Below, in pieces: positions 26,528 to 40,967 of a DNA stretch of 64,000 nucleotides. How positions within the stretch are numbered: position 1 is the stretch's first letter; each line of letters starts with the position of its first letter. Below the pieces are notes generated by a model. It had not been told where the DNA came from. It saw nothing but the letters and a program-made list of their open reading frames with translations, and made no database searches. Made by a program: the position numbers and the translations under genes. The DNA is from the human T2T-CHM13v2.0 reference genome, Homo sapiens: the NCBI RefSeq assembly GCF_009914755.1, contig NC_060927.1, one strand, 5' to 3'.

Positions 26528-26910
26528 TGTAACCCAGTCACAGGTTGGGTCCTCTGAACGCAGATACTAAGTCAGAATTTCGGATGCAAGATGTTTTAAA
26601 GATCAACACGTGTGAAGGAAGGCAGGGGAAACAAAATTGGGCTGAAGAAGTTGAACTGAGGTGTACATGAGATAAAGCCTGGCCAATCTGGCAAGGAATT
26701 CTAAAGAGAGCAGTGCCTCAGAATTTTCTCTGATCAGGCCAAAATAGCTGGGCCTTTCTACCTCTGCCTCCTTCAATTATGCATGTGGACATCCTGGCAA
26801 GGGTGGACCTCAGGGAGGGGAGGAATCTGCAGTTAAGGGAGACACTAAAGACGTTGACAGCTGACCTCTTACAGCTCCTTCCTTGAAGAACTTTCTTGTG
26901 GTGCCATACA
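26528..26910. mobile_element. Old ERVL-type LTR (LTR16/LTR33-like)
   Basis: caggttgggtcctctgaacgcagatactaag motif; family uncertain. Confidence 0.5.
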
Positions 26911-27831
26911 GAACTATATTAGAGCCTAAAGCAGAAAGAAATCTGCAAAGTATTTATCCCATCTTTATTTTAATATTAATAGTTGCTATTTAATGTATTT
27001 GCATAACTTTTTAATTTTAAAAAATGTTGCATTAAAATATTTATCTTGGTTGCTGAGTTTTGGGGCAGCTCCTTAAATTTTGCAACTCTACTCCCAGCAC
27101 TACCTCTTTGTCTATGATATTCCTCATAGAAAAAAAATGAAAAGACCTATATATCATTCCATGTGCTCTCTCTTCCAGAAGGCACATTGTCTTCTGGGAG
27201 TTTTTAATCCAGTCGAGATACAATAGACAGTCTGTTATAAGAGAAAACCATGTTGAACAGACACTCAGAAAAAAATGACTTTATACCCCATTTCTACAAG
27301 CTCTGTAGAATAAATCATTCCACGTTCTATGTAGATTTCCTGTGATACCTATACCCTGATAGTCATAGCACTCGAGATAATTTAAAAGAGGAACATGCCA
27401 TATGGCTTACAAATATTAAAGAATTTTATTAGCCACATAACTAACGTCTACCATATAAATGGATATCAGGCAAAATGCTGACTGAGACTGACTGAGAAAT
27501 AAAAATATTCACAAAGATTTTAGAAGTACCAATATTAGAATATTCTCCAGATGCTTTCAAATTCCATTTAATTCATCATCAAGCCAACTCACATCATGAA
27601 AGTAGCAAGAACAGAATTTTCTAGTGTGTCTTTTTTCAGGAGCCTTTTTTCCTTTAATATATCATGATTTATAAAGCCACCATAAATTTAACTTTATATC
27701 CTAAAACATGACAGGTATTATTTCCTATGAAGTAAAATAGATATTTGAGATAAAATAATCTTGAAATATTTCTCAATCAGGTTCCCTTATAAAGAAGGCC
27801 ATCTTTTTCTCTTGTACCCTAGTCTTTACTG

Positions 27832-28163
27832 TGTTTCCTCCCTCAAGCTTGGGGAAGAAAAATTCATTTCCTTGGAAGACTATGGCACCCCTCTGTAAAG
27901 CACTCATAAGAGGAGTGTTGCTGAGCTTCCTGGCTTGGTAAGCATATTTACATTTGAGAAAACATCTCCTGTACTTGCAGCATTTGGACAGATCTCTTCA
28001 ATAGCTATTGACAAGAAGAATCAATTGGATTGATATAAATGCAGCTGATGAGATCTTATACTTGAGGCAGAGAGACATTTTTATTAAAGAATTTTGATTA
28101 AATTCTAACCAAAGCCTTGAGAACTCTCTATAACTAGTGAAACATGTAAGGATGTTACTAGTC
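27832..28163 (+). repeat. Copy 2 of 332-bp direct duplication
   Basis: Ungapped match to 25823-26154, offset 2009 bp. Confidence 0.97.
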
Positions 28164-29324
28164 TACTAGTTAGCACTAAGGCTTGAGTCAAAAGAATATG
28201 GCCTGGAAAAAGCAAACATCTAGGCTGTCTCACCAATGGATGAAGAACAACCTTGCATATCCAAAAAGAGAAAAGCAAAACAGAAACACATACATCTTCT
28301 AAGAGATTGTGGGAGAATAAAGGATTCCATTGAGCCAACAAAGCAGAGGGTAGAGTAATTCTGCCCACCCGCCATCTCCAGATCAAAGTGCCAGAAGAGA
28401 GACACGTTGGAGATGCTGAGAGGGATATGAAGGCAGAGAGGACTTTGAAAGACCACTGTGTGTGTCAGTCCCAGGCCAGCCTGGAGCAGCCCCAGCCAAG
28501 TATACCCTGCAGTGTGGTACTATTAGGCAAAGAGAAGACTTCTTTTTGGCTCTTCCAATAGGATGAGCAACTGGTTTTCACAGAAGTATCCCAGTTTTAG
28601 CACTGAACTTCTTGCTTCCTTGGAAACCTCTCAAGCTTAGGCAAGCCAAAACAGTTAGTTCTTCATCTTATTTCCCAAACCATACTTGCTTTATGTACAA
28701 GAGACTCAAGAATCCTGTGATTTCACGGGGGTCTGGTGTACATGTTTCAGCAGTTTTAATAACATTTGTCCTTCCATGGAGTACACATCTTAGCACAGAA
28801 TGAGGAAACTTCATGGCAATGTGTTGTCATGGACAGCTTAAGCCATGGACAATAGGGGGAAGGTGGTAGATGATAAGCAGAAGTCATGTAGCACCAACAA
28901 GAACCCAGAGATACAAAATCAGATAGGTAGCAGCACCAGGTCCTGTCTGAGACAAAAGAGAATGGATCAGAAGTTGAAGAATACCCATAGTTAAGAGAAT
29001 CTAGAAGTTTCTATATGGATTTGAGGACCTCTATTTTTTTTTTCTTCAAGCACATGGTAAACTCTCTCATGCACCTAACTATCAATTTGGGGGAAAAAAA
29101 CGTGCATATTTTTGTGAGGTGTGAAATGTTTGAAAGACTGAATATTTATCCAAAAGAGATTGAGTCTTGCAACCCTAATAAAATAACTTATTCAAGCAAA
29201 GATCAACAGTGGACATTGAAACTATTAAGTGAAATGATGAGAGAGAGCGGGATAACTGCATGAATGCAAAACATGAACCCATAAAATATCTGGTTGCAAG
29301 GGGAAATGTAACTATACAAACTCT

Positions 29325-31097
29325 TTTTTTAGAATACCTCATTTATGGGGAAAAAGTCATAATTAAAATTTCAATTGCTTATTCTACAACTTACAAAATA
29401 ATACTTTGATTTATAAAATGAGTTCGTTTTCATTATGTAAGTACAAATGGTAAAAAATAGTAATAATCAATCCGATATATCATACATATGCCTTTCAGAG
29501 AAACTCACATCCCTGTTGCATGGTTTACATCAGACATTTTACATCTCTTTACCAAAAAAGACCAGATTTTTAACTATATGTAGGTGTCTGCTTGCAGTTG
29601 CAATCTACCAGAAGCTGTGTCTATGTGACTACAACCCAGTTAGGCCTGAGGGAAAAAAAAAAAAAAACACAAGCTGTTTCTTCCTCTTAGGCTGTTTTAA
29701 TAGCACTCCTGTGATAGGAATGGCCCTTCTAATGCTTCACTACACAACCTAATCAGGACTATGAGTCATGATGAATTAGACCCAGTACATCTTTCAACCC
29801 AGTCTACTTTGGTTCTGAACATATAGACACGAAACAGTGCAGATTTATTTATTTATTAATATAGCATTTTCCCACACCCTCACCCTTTAAGAATTTTAAA
29901 CGAGAAAACTTCATCTAAACATTTTACTGCTTAAGAAGGCCTTACCACTGCAACATGTTTTGGCCATGAGACAATCATTTCCTAAATGGCATGTAAAGTC
30001 AACATGAAGCTTAGCAAAACCAATTAATTATTCAAGATATTAATGAGAAATTCTCACAAATTATATGTATTTAGGAAACTATTTTGCATCTTTAAACAAT
30101 TGAAGGCTCACAAAAAATTTTTGTTTTGCATTTCTTTATAGAATATTTGATCAATGACAATTTTTTTACTAATATCTCTCTCTTCTCCTTAGCCCTTAAT
30201 AGATACAGTCCATTCTATCTGGAAATAACAAAAACTTGATCAGATTATTAAGTCTTGGAGGCTTTTTCATTTTTACTGTATAAAGTGATAAGTTTCATGT
30301 TTATATTCTCTTATAAATGTAATATAACTGTTATGGATAGATATAAGGTTAGTGAAAGCAAACATGTCAACTCCAAAAAACATATATAAAAGGTGAATAT
30401 GAAATTATAACACAATATTTTCTCCCAAATTATTGTAGCGTTTTCTACTAATTTAATAATGTGAACACTGCCAAAAAACAGGTTGGAAGTCGCCTAGGGA
30501 AACAGCCTCCTCCTCTGGAGTCCTTCTCGGCAGCGTCTTCTCCGGGTCTCCTCCCCAGCCAGGCGGATGTGGAAGTACCTGGGCTTGGCGCCTCCCAGGA
30601 GGTTGTCTTCGCCCTTCGGGCCGCAGCAGAAGGAGAAAGGACAGCCAATCAGGATAATTGTGGCCACCCACGGGAAGCCACGGGTCCAGTGACACATGTG
30701 ATGTGACGGCGGGGTTGGCATGAAGATTGAAGGTATGGGTATACTTCACAGGGTTGATTACCAGGGAGATGACCTGCAACACAGCAGCCAGGGTAGGGAG
30801 GCCTCCAACTCACTCTTAGGAGGACTAGCGTCAGGGGTGCACAGAGGGCAAAGAAGGTGAGGATGAAACAGGTCACCAGCATGATACAGCCACAGAAGAG
30901 CATGGCAGCGGCTGCTCTTCCTCCTACGTACTCCACGAGGCTCTGGCAGCCATCCTGGGGGGGCCTGCTGCCGCCATCCTGGGCATCGCCACGATGGTGA
31001 AGGCGATGGAGCTGAGCAGGGGCAGGGGCAAGGTCCAGAGCAGCAGCGCGGCAGGCCCACGTAGCGGCGCGAAGCGGAGGAGCACCGCCCGGAGAGG
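29325..31097 (-). pseudogene. PERP (pseudogene): Processed pseudogene of PERP (p53 apoptosis effector related to PMP22)
   Basis: PERP peptides spread over frameshifted ORFs ([11 protein letters not shown]; [31 protein letters not shown]; [26 protein letters not shown]; [16 protein letters not shown]...[13 protein letters not shown]); intronless; about 1.2 kb 3'UTR; poly(A) remnant 29325-29330; TSD ctatacaaactct (29312-29324) and ctgcacaaactct (31098-31110); no ATG at the expected start, internal deletion. Confidence 0.95.
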
Positions 31098-31110
31098 CTG
31101 CACAAACTCT

Positions 31111-31790
31111 GTAACATAGTAATCCACCTTAGCATCACGAACAGTGGGAAAACTGGAAGTCATGTGCCTTCTAACATAATGCGGTAGGAAGCACCCAGCA
31201 TCATCCAACGTATTCTCTCTGAAAGAGTTTAACCCAAACGTTGGGTTATTCTACAGGATAATCCGCCTGGTGTCTTCAGCAGGTCAATCAATGGTATATC
31301 AAAAGAAAAACGTAGGACACTTCTAAATTTCAAAAAACCTTACAGGCTTAACAAAATTCAGTTGATGTCTTTGATTTGATCCTGCTTTGAACAAAGTCAT
31401 ACAAACACACATTGGGGACAATTAGAGGATTTAAAAAATAGACTGCATAGTGAGCCGAGATTGTGCTACTGCACTCCAGTCTGGGCGACAGAGCGAGACT
31501 CCGTCTCAAAAAAAATAAATAAATAAATAAAAAAGACTGTATATTAAGTGGTATTAAAATATTGTTACTTTTTAAGGTACAATAATCATAGAAAATATAT
31601 AAAGAAAAAATCTGATTTTTAGAGATACATATAAAGTATTTAGGAGGTAAAATGGAATGACGTTTGTGATTAACTTTCTAAAAATAGAGTAAGAAAAAAG
31701 GAAAAACTAACTTGCCAAATGCTACTGATTATTAAATTATGTGATTGGTAATTAGGGTTTATACTGTTTCTTCTACTTTTATCTTAATTT
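31111..31790 (+). mobile_element. L1ME/MC 3'UTR fragment (host of the PERP retrocopy; continues from about 29150-29324)
   Basis: aaggggaaatgtaact | ...cttagcatcac...catgtgccttctaacataatgc motifs. Confidence 0.6.
31450..31533 (+). mobile_element. Severely 5'-truncated Alu (terminal 60 bp or so plus tail)
   Basis: gtgagccgagattgtg...gagactccgtctcaaaa; flanked by agactgYata. Confidence 0.9.
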
Positions 31791-32554
31791 TGAAAAGTAA
31801 TGTACACCGAGACAGTTCAGATAATAGAGAGTGTTTAAAGTTAGTTTACCTATTTGTGTATTTGTTTTGTTACCACATAGTAGGTAAGGGCTAATAAGAA
31901 AAATTAGATCAGTTACACACACACACAAAAGAACTGATTTCTTTTGGATGAGTGTGAGTTCTGCATCTTATAGAATTAATGCTGATAACAGTGAAGAGAC
32001 ACACACACTATATGATACGTAGATACCAATTTAGCCCTATGCTTTCTAAGACTCCTATGTCTCTTGAGAAGAACCTCCTCCTAGCATCTTCTCTGATTTA
32101 TTCTGCATCATTCACTTCCATCTTCACTCCCTATAAATATCTCAATAGGGTGCCCCTTGGGCACCTCAAACCCCAGGAGTTTAAAATGAAATCCAACATA
32201 ATTATCTCTACTAATCAAATCTTATTAATTTGTAAGATGGTGTATTAAATGACCAGCATGACATTTGAAATATAGTAAGTTCCTAATAAGTAGTAGTTGC
32301 ATTATTATTTTAATTATTGATCTCCTTATTGATTAACCCCATTAACTTATTTTATTTCCCTCAACATTCAATTTGATTCTCCACAATGCTTGCCACACAT
32401 ATATCAGGCTATTTTTCCCTTTCCATTTTTACTACCATTATAAGTGGTACATCATGGTAAGAATATACCACCGTCACATACTCATCAGTTCTCATCTATT
32501 ATTTCTGAATTATTTCAAGTATATTTTACCTTGGATTCATACCATTCATGGCAT

Positions 32555-32770
32555 GGTATAATGGAACTTGGTACAGTGCCTAAGAGCTTGGGCTGTGGAG
32601 TTAAGTTGTCTCAATTCAATCCCGACCCTATTATTTTTAGCCGGGCACTAGCTAATTGTTTAACTATTACCTCATCTGCAATGTGGCTGTACTAATAGTG
32701 CCTATTAAATTGAGTTATACATATACATCACTTAAAACTGAGTCTGATACATTGTAGGGACTTTAAATAG
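32555..32770 (+). mobile_element. MIR
   Basis: aagagcttgggctgtggag...cctcatctgcaatg. Confidence 0.6.
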
Positions 32771-33889
32771 CTTCCAGAAATAGAATTAATGGTTAAAATG
32801 GACCATGAAACACTAATCTACTTTCTTAATTTTAGATATTTATGCAGTTAGCTATTTTTAAAATGTGGCTGTAATGAAAATTTTTGCAACTAAGAATTAG
32901 ATGCTCAGCTCAAATTTTTATGCCTTGTAAGTAGGTTGTACCAATTTACATATCTGCTTGCAGTTTATAAGAATGTCCATTTCCAAAGAAATTTGCCAAG
33001 TTATAATTTTTATTCCTTTAATATTTGACAGATTGATAAACATTTCATTGCTTAAATTTTAATTTCCTAAATTTACAGAGACCTGTATACATTGGAAATT
33101 TAATTTTGTGCTGTATAATTCAAATCCCGGATTACAAATAAGAAACTACGGCTGAGAAAGGTGAAGTTACTTGCCAAATGTCACGCAGTAATTTACTCTT
33201 CAATCCAGGAAAATGATTCAAGTCTTCCTCCTCCAATCTCATTTGCGTTCTTCACAGGTCATGCTGCTATTGTCAATTATATTTGGATTTAATAATTTTA
33301 CATTCCCAACATTATGCTGAGCATTTTCAGAGAAGAGTCTACATTTTCTGCTAGCGCTTCCCCCAGTGCTTTGCATAGAGCACTTTTCAAGTAGACATCT
33401 ATTAAATGATTACATAAATATATGAATCACATGTCAAATAAATAGGAACAAAGGAAATTACTGAGAGGTATTAAGCAAGCCACGTATTTTAACATTTTTA
33501 TGATATGTTTGTCGCTATGAAGCCACAACATTAATCCACAGATATGTAGAACAGTTTCGTATAGAACAAAATAAAAGGCAGGAATGGGATTTTGAAGATT
33601 AACCTGAGGTGGATAGGGAGTCAAAAATTAAGAGCCTTGCTTAGAGAAACATAAACGTGAGCCTGTATATAAATCAATCATCATAAAATGGGGGAATGTG
33701 TTTTGGGATTTGGGGGAATTTCTCATTCCAGTTTAAACTACCAACATATCCTTGTAGGGCATGATTATTTTCCTAGAAAATTGGATTTAGGATCAAGATC
33801 AAATGCCCCAATTTTTTCTGTCTTCCATGCAGATGAGTCATGCAGAAGCAGAAAGAGCTCGTGAATCTGTTTGGTATATGGGCGAGCTT

Positions 33890-34620
33890 ACTTTATTTAT
33901 TCAACACATATTCATGGAACAGCCATTATGTTACAGAAACTGTATTAAACTCAAAGGATAAAACAGTGACCAAAACAGACAATTTCCCTGCTTCAGGGTT
34001 CAATATTCCAATGGGAGAGACTCACATTACACAAGAAAACAAAGAAAAAGGCAGTGACAGGATGACATGATACAGGGGAGCCAATATATAAGAGGATTAA
34101 CTCAGGGCTACTTTAGGTAGAGTTGTCAAGAAGGCCTTTCTGAAAAGCTAATATTTAAGCTAAAATCACGTGAAATGAGTTGTTAACCCTGTACAAGAAA
34201 ATAGCATGAATGAAGGCCCAGGTGAGGGAAATAATCTGCTAGTTTTTAAAAATAACTACTTCAATAAAACTGGAACTAAGCGTATTTCTAGAGGAGTGAA
34301 GGGATGAGACTAGTGAGCTAGACAGGAGGTAGATTAGGAAAGATTGTGCTCAACTAAGGAGCACGGAATTTATTTGCTGACATTGAGAAGCTGTCAAATA
34401 ATTTGTAGGCAAGAAGTACATGTTCATATCTATATTTCAATACAATCAATCATCAGTCAGGTGGAGAATATACTGGATATGAGGCAATCTAGAACCTGAG
34501 AGAGGACTATGATAATTCAGTTAAGAAGTAGTTAAAAAAAGAGAAAAGACTCCATAAGGATAAGACCTAAAATATTGACAGAGGACTTGGAAAAGTTAAA
34601 GGAAGAGATGATGAGACACC
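33890..34620 (-). mobile_element. L2 fragment
   Basis: atttattcaacacatattcatgg...aacagtgaccaaaacagac. Confidence 0.7.
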
Positions 34621-36924
34621 TAGCAACACTTTGTTCATGTCTCTTTTATAGCAATTATTAAATTGTTCTGGGGTCATTTAGTTTCTGGCCTATCTTCTCC
34701 ATCAGAACATTGGTTCTTTGCGGTATTGTACTTATGACATGTGTCTGTTTTTTAAAGTACTTGCCACATAGTACTTTACATTTTATCCAAAAAATTTTCA
34801 TTTTTTGGATAAATGGATTAATACATAAAATAATTTTATGTGGAAACACAATTTTGCTCTGTATTTTTATACTCAGTGCCTCTTGTGATATGTAGAACCA
34901 CTCCATTTTCCAGATGGGGAAAAATGAGGCTCACTTGGGGAGAGGACAGTCTTCTTACCTTCTCTTTTTGTGCCTCTTTTCTTTCCTCATAACCAAAATA
35001 ATTTACAGGAAAGGCAGGAACATTCAAGCAGTGATGTACATTCACAGTTCACAGTGATTCCCCATTTCCTCCCATTCTCATTAAGATAACTTTTAAAGAT
35101 GGGATTATTATGTATGTTTGACTTTCCAAAGTATGACTCTTTGTCATTTTCACAGAATTTTAAAATGTAAAACGGAACAATGGTAGATTGAATTTTCCAG
35201 TTCAGTTTATTTTGGGCTCAAGTAGACTTGAGATACTTCAACAAATATTTTCTTTTGAACTAAAGATCACATGAAACTGGAGACTTCTTAAGTTATTCAG
35301 TGGCATGAACAGTGGAATTGCAAAAGTAGAATTTTGCACATCAGTTGTTGAAAGTGCAAGGTCTCAGAATTTATAATATGAAAACAAAACATGTAAGTAT
35401 TGAGAGCTTACTTTGTGCCACGGTTTCTTACAGGCAACCTTTATTTAATTCAAAAAGATAGGATAGCACATGGAAAGCAAAAATGCATGGCAACACAGGG
35501 TCCAAAGAAAGGGAGAATTTTAAGAAGCATTGATCAACAATGACAAATCAGCCAACAGGTCATGTAAACCATAACTAAAAATAGCTGTTGGTTAGAGAGA
35601 CATAGAGGTCCTTCCTAATGAGTTTTTGGTTGTGGTGGTGGAACACATCAAGTTAGAATTACTTGCTGAGGGAAGGAGGGAGGGATGGAGAAGGAGGAAG
35701 GGAAGAGATGACAGTGAAAGAAAGAAAAGCTAGAATACTCGCATTTTTTTTATTAACAGTACAAAAATTTTTGACAAAGTATATATAGGTATCCATATAT
35801 TGACTGATTTTTAAAAAAATAAAATTATATAAGCAAATCTTTATTTAGTAACCTAGGAGAATATTATTATACCCTTTTAAGCTCAGTTTTCTCGTTGATT
35901 AACTAGAATTATTATATAACTACTCATGGTACTGTTGTGTGTATTAAATTTAACAATCCAAATAAAATACAGGCATATGGCTTGAGGCATAATAGGCCTT
36001 TAATAAATGTTAGGTGTAATTATTTCATATGATCATTATTATTATTTGATAGCTTTTTTCTTTCCTTGTTTCTATCTCTTCCTCAGAAATATCAATTGTC
36101 TGTAAGTTTTTGGCTTACCCGCTGGCCATATCAATGGTGTCTTTCATCTTTTATAGAAATACGCCTTTTTCCTCTCATCCTGCGGGAGTTTCAAGTTTGT
36201 GAGCTATATCATTGATTTGATACTTGCAATGAAGATTCATATTCTGCTATTTAGTTTTCAGTTTTCTTTACATATTTGTTTATCTCTTCCATCTCCATTT
36301 TCATCAAAGGAAAATTTCCCCTTATGACTTTCATATCCATTTTCATAGAAGACGCATCTTCTTTAATTTTAATGAAGATCTTGATACAGTTTACTGTGGT
36401 TTTCTTTTAGATCCAGCAGTAAAACATTTTCTGAAGTTGTGCAATTCCTTTGAATCTTCTGGATGCTGTGTTTGCTCTCTTATTCTGTAGAATTTTCCCT
36501 TAAGGTATATGTTGATTTTTTTAATGTTTTTCTTCCATTTTAATAAAAAATTAATTAAATTTAATTGAGTTTATTTTTTCTTACTCATCTTCATAAAAAG
36601 ACAAAGTCTTGTCATTGGATAACCCTTGGAATTTCCCTGGGTCCACCTGGGGGGTGGTGTAACCCTCCTGAGATCTGTAGCTGAGGAGAAGATGGACATA
36701 GGTGCACAGCTCTGCATGTAACACTGAACTGGCTTTTATCCAATTAACTATTGCAGGTAGCATCTTCCTCTGTCTCCTTCTGGCGGGTTCCTCATTAATT
36801 TAAATTGATGTAATACATAAAAAGCACAATTGCTAGCAAACATAGACACTTGTGGCTGCCCACTTTTGTTGACTTCTATGGTACTTTTCTTGTGAGGATT
36901 ATCCCTCTCAATTGCCACATGTCA

Positions 36925-37482
36925 CTGCCAGATCCCAATTCTTATGAGAGACTGAATATACAAATACACCATAGGCAGTCCATATATAAACATAGAATTC
37001 TAACCACAAACTGCAGCAACCAACCCAGTAGGCCAGCCTACTACCTACAAAAGCAGCCCAGGAAGCCTACCTACGATTTACAGTGACCAGTTCAGGAAGA
37101 CGGTACCAGTCCAGGAAGCCAAACACTAACCCCTGTAGCAATAGATCCCAAATAGCCGAGGCTTGATAACTAACAGCCTTCTCTATTTTTGCTCCTGCTT
37201 CCAACGTAGGATCAACCAGAGAAAGCCAAATATACATCCTAAACCAATCTCACAGGATGCTCTGCTTCTAGTTAGCCTGCCTTCAACATTCCCATGTCAA
37301 CAGCCTCTACTCAGGGCGTACATAAAACCTTCTTTTTCTTCCTCTATAAAGCTTCCTCATTCCTCTGTCTGCTCTTGAGTCTCTGTAAAGCACACAGGTT
37401 AGTAGCTAACTTCCTTGCTGTAGCAAGCTCTGAATAGCCTTTGTTTGTTCTCATTTGAGTGATCTTCATTTATTTCCTTACT
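36925..37482 (+). mobile_element. ERV1 solo LTR (MER34-like)
   Basis: accagagaaagccaaatat...aaccaatc...cctctataaagc; family from recall. Confidence 0.6.
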
Positions 37483-37862
37483 AACTGCCATGTTGAATTC
37501 TGGCTACAGAGCCTCTGCCTAGATAAATAAAGATGGATCAACTTATATTTTCGGCAATAATGTATTTTAAAAAGAAAAGCAAGATACATTGTAAGCTAAA
37601 CTTTGAAAATTTTAGTCATTTGCATCTGCCTCATAATTGTAGTACTAGTTTTTCATTACTTTCAGTTTTCAATTTTTGTTTGTTTGTTTTGTCTTCATAG
37701 CTGTTTTAGTGTAAAGTTACAAGAGGGTGCTTAGTGCAGGCACCTTATAACAGGAGTATCTGTATTACTCTTTATAGGTATATACTATTATGATACAAGT
37801 TTTAACACACTAAAGGTTAATATGTTTCTAGGGCTGGCAACCTTGACTCTCTCCATGCACAG

Positions 37863-37863
<1 letters not shown>

Positions 37864-37905
<42 letters not shown>
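37864..37905. repeat. (CA)n microsatellite, about 21 units
   Basis: Direct reading. Confidence 0.98.
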
Positions 37906-37908
<3 letters not shown>

Positions 37909-38734
37909 TTCCAGTGATTAATCAATCCTATTATCCAGATCTTTTTTTATTTTTAAAAATTTGCCCTCAAATATATTCATATTTTAGAAAACAGTATTAT
38001 TTTCCCAGAATTGACCATAAGCTAATTCACAGAACCACCTGGCTGTCTAGTAAATTTTCTAATTAATGGGATGCCTTCTAATTAACAGAAATGTTTATGC
38101 CTCACATCGTGCTGTTAATAGCTTTGTAGATTTTAATGAATAAATGAGGACCTAGGACTCATATATATTGTTAAAGGAAGAAAAGCATCAGACTATTTAA
38201 AAGCAATGAACAGTTCTTTTTTTCAGTTCTTTCTAATCAACTGAGAAAAGTTAAACTTAACAACTTGTGGTTGCTGTGTGAGTAGTCAGTTTTTCTTTTA
38301 ACTGCTTTTCACCTCTGCACACAGCCTTGTGTCCTTGAGACACGAAATAATTTAGAGAAGCTCTTTGCTATTCTTGGTAATTCAGCCTTGTTTTTCTATT
38401 GCACGCTCCAAAGCTCAGTGTGAAACATTTATCCTACTTAATCATGACAATGTAGATGCCAGAAGGAATTGAGTAAAACAGCAGTGCAGGGAGGATCTGG
38501 CCCTGAGTGAGGGAGAATCCTGGCTCCTTCGTTCTTTGTAATTTCCATTGCCATGTACTCCTTTCAATATTTTAGTAATATTTTCTTCATATGTGATTAC
38601 TGTCTTAAGTTATCAATTTGCATTCTGCTCCAATTGAAAATCATTTTTCTTTTCAGCCACATCTCACAAATATGTTACATAGGCTGATGAGATTTATAGG
38701 ATAATTTCTACATCTCCAATATAGACAGATGAAT

Positions 38735-39033
<299 letters not shown>

Positions 39034-39615
39034 TGAATTCCTTATCATTTATTTAAATCAATTTGATGTTGTCAATATGTTCTATACTGCATTTAACTTG
39101 AAGGATTCCAGTGAAATAGATCTTCTTATCTGAGTTGACATTCACACTGACTCAGAGAATTGTCATTTTAAAAGTAAAATAGCAAGCTTTAAGTCAGCTA
39201 GTTTACCATCAGGCTAAGTACTCTATCATTTGATTCCTTCCTCAATATTCCTTCATCTACCAAACAAGTATACAAAAGAGAAGTACATATTTTACTAAGC
39301 AGCAATAGTTGAATCACTTGAGTGACATTAATCAATAAAATTACTGACAATGCAAGCTCTGGCAGAAATTATTGTCAAGTGCTTGCTATGTGCTGGGCAC
39401 TGAGCTAGGGAGTTATAGCTCACAGCAACCACGTGACACAATGAGCATTCTTGTCTCCTTTTAACGGAAGAAAAAGCTGACTCTTCAACTGGACAAGAAA
39501 TTTTCTCAAGGCCACATAATGTTCAGTCCGCATTCTTACTTTGAATGGGTTGTTATCTAATAGTTCCTGTTAAAACTTTTCGAAAAAGCAAGCAAAAATC
39601 TCATGCAAATCGTTT

Positions 39616-40308
39616 TGTAGATGAAAAAATAAAATCTTAAGCCCCTCGCTGAGTGAGCCCCATTTTGGCCAAGGGGACCCCAGAGAAACCTTAAAAATTG
39701 AGTTCCCAGCCATGATGGGAAGGAAAGTCAGACACTCTTCATTATACCACCTCCTTTTTGGAGTTTAGGCACAACCACAGACCAGCATTAATGTTAGAAC
39801 AGGGATCCTGAGGCTGACAGAACAGACTCTTTGTGGCAGTAAGATACCAAATTATAAACAAAACCTAAGGCCATGCAAGGCAAGTGTTAAGTCACATCTG
39901 CAGGGCATTCATCTTGCTAAACAGGTCACATTATAGCTGACTGACACCACATCTTTATCTTAATGTAAACATTCCTTCCTGCTAACTCCAAGTTTTTAGA
40001 CAAAATTTTGTCCCTTAACTATTTGCAGATTAAAGAGCCTCTGAATCCACTTATGGTTTGTAAGCCCCTGATTTAAGACATCCCATGTTCTTGGGAGGAA
40101 CTAATGTACACCTTCCATGTATTGATTTATGTCTTTGCCTGTAACTCCTGCCTCCCTGCAATGTATGAAACCCAGCTGTCATCTAACTGCCTAGGATATA
40201 CCTTCTCAGGACTCTTTGAGACTGTTTCTGTGAGCTGTATAGTCAGTCATACTGGCTCAGAATAAGCCTCTTTAAAATACTATACAAAATTTGTTTCTTC
40301 ATTAACAA
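39616..40308 (+). mobile_element. MER39-like ERV1 solo LTR
   Basis: tg...ca termini; ttggccaaggggaccccagagaaaccttaaaa motif. Confidence 0.75.
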
Positions 40309-40569
40309 TTTAAACTTTACTTCTTAACTACAAGTATGAAAAATAAAGTGAAAAAAGGTGATCGAAGGGAGAGATTGCATTGCGTTCACGTACTAGCTCT
40401 TTTAAAAAAATCTTTTTAATTTAAAATATAGTATTTCTTTGCAGAAAGGATTGAAAGATTAGTCATAGAACATGGCACCGTTCAAATGAAGCCTGTTTAG
40501 GAATCAAGGTTGACTGCCTCCAGAATCTGTTATTGTAAGATTTTATTTTGCCTCCCCAATATGCTAACT

Positions 40570-40740
40570 CTGTACTTCTTATCTTTGTTGGCTTATGTAA
40601 GTTTCTTAGATTCCATGAGCCTCAGCTTCTTCATCTGTAGAATGGAGATCTTTGTTGTGAAGATTAAATCAGATTGTGGCTTTCAAGTGCTTAGCAAAGC
40701 ACCCAGCATCTACTAAGCCTTCCATAAATAGTAGTTAAGA
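40570..40740 (+). mobile_element. MIR
   Basis: gagcctcagcttcttcatctgtagaatggag core. Confidence 0.75.
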
Positions 40741-40967
40741 GCTTTGGGATTTTGCTCACATTGTTAGCCCATTCCTTTCCTTGCTTTGATTTATTCCCTA
40801 TCACAATTTTATTGTGGATATAAAGATAAGATTTTGTGTTAATATCTAGCATGGTATGACATAAGGAACGCTGGGATGAGGGAGATTAGACCTCATTTCC
40901 CCTCTCAGGTTTTTTCCCTAATCACTAAGCTTTACCTGCGCTCAAATTCACCTGTACGGAAAAATAA

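Noticed and set aside
30453-31208. PERP-like ORFs as a functional gene
   Set aside because: Homology is split over several frames, with an internal deletion, no proper start or stop, no introns, and a TSD plus poly(A)
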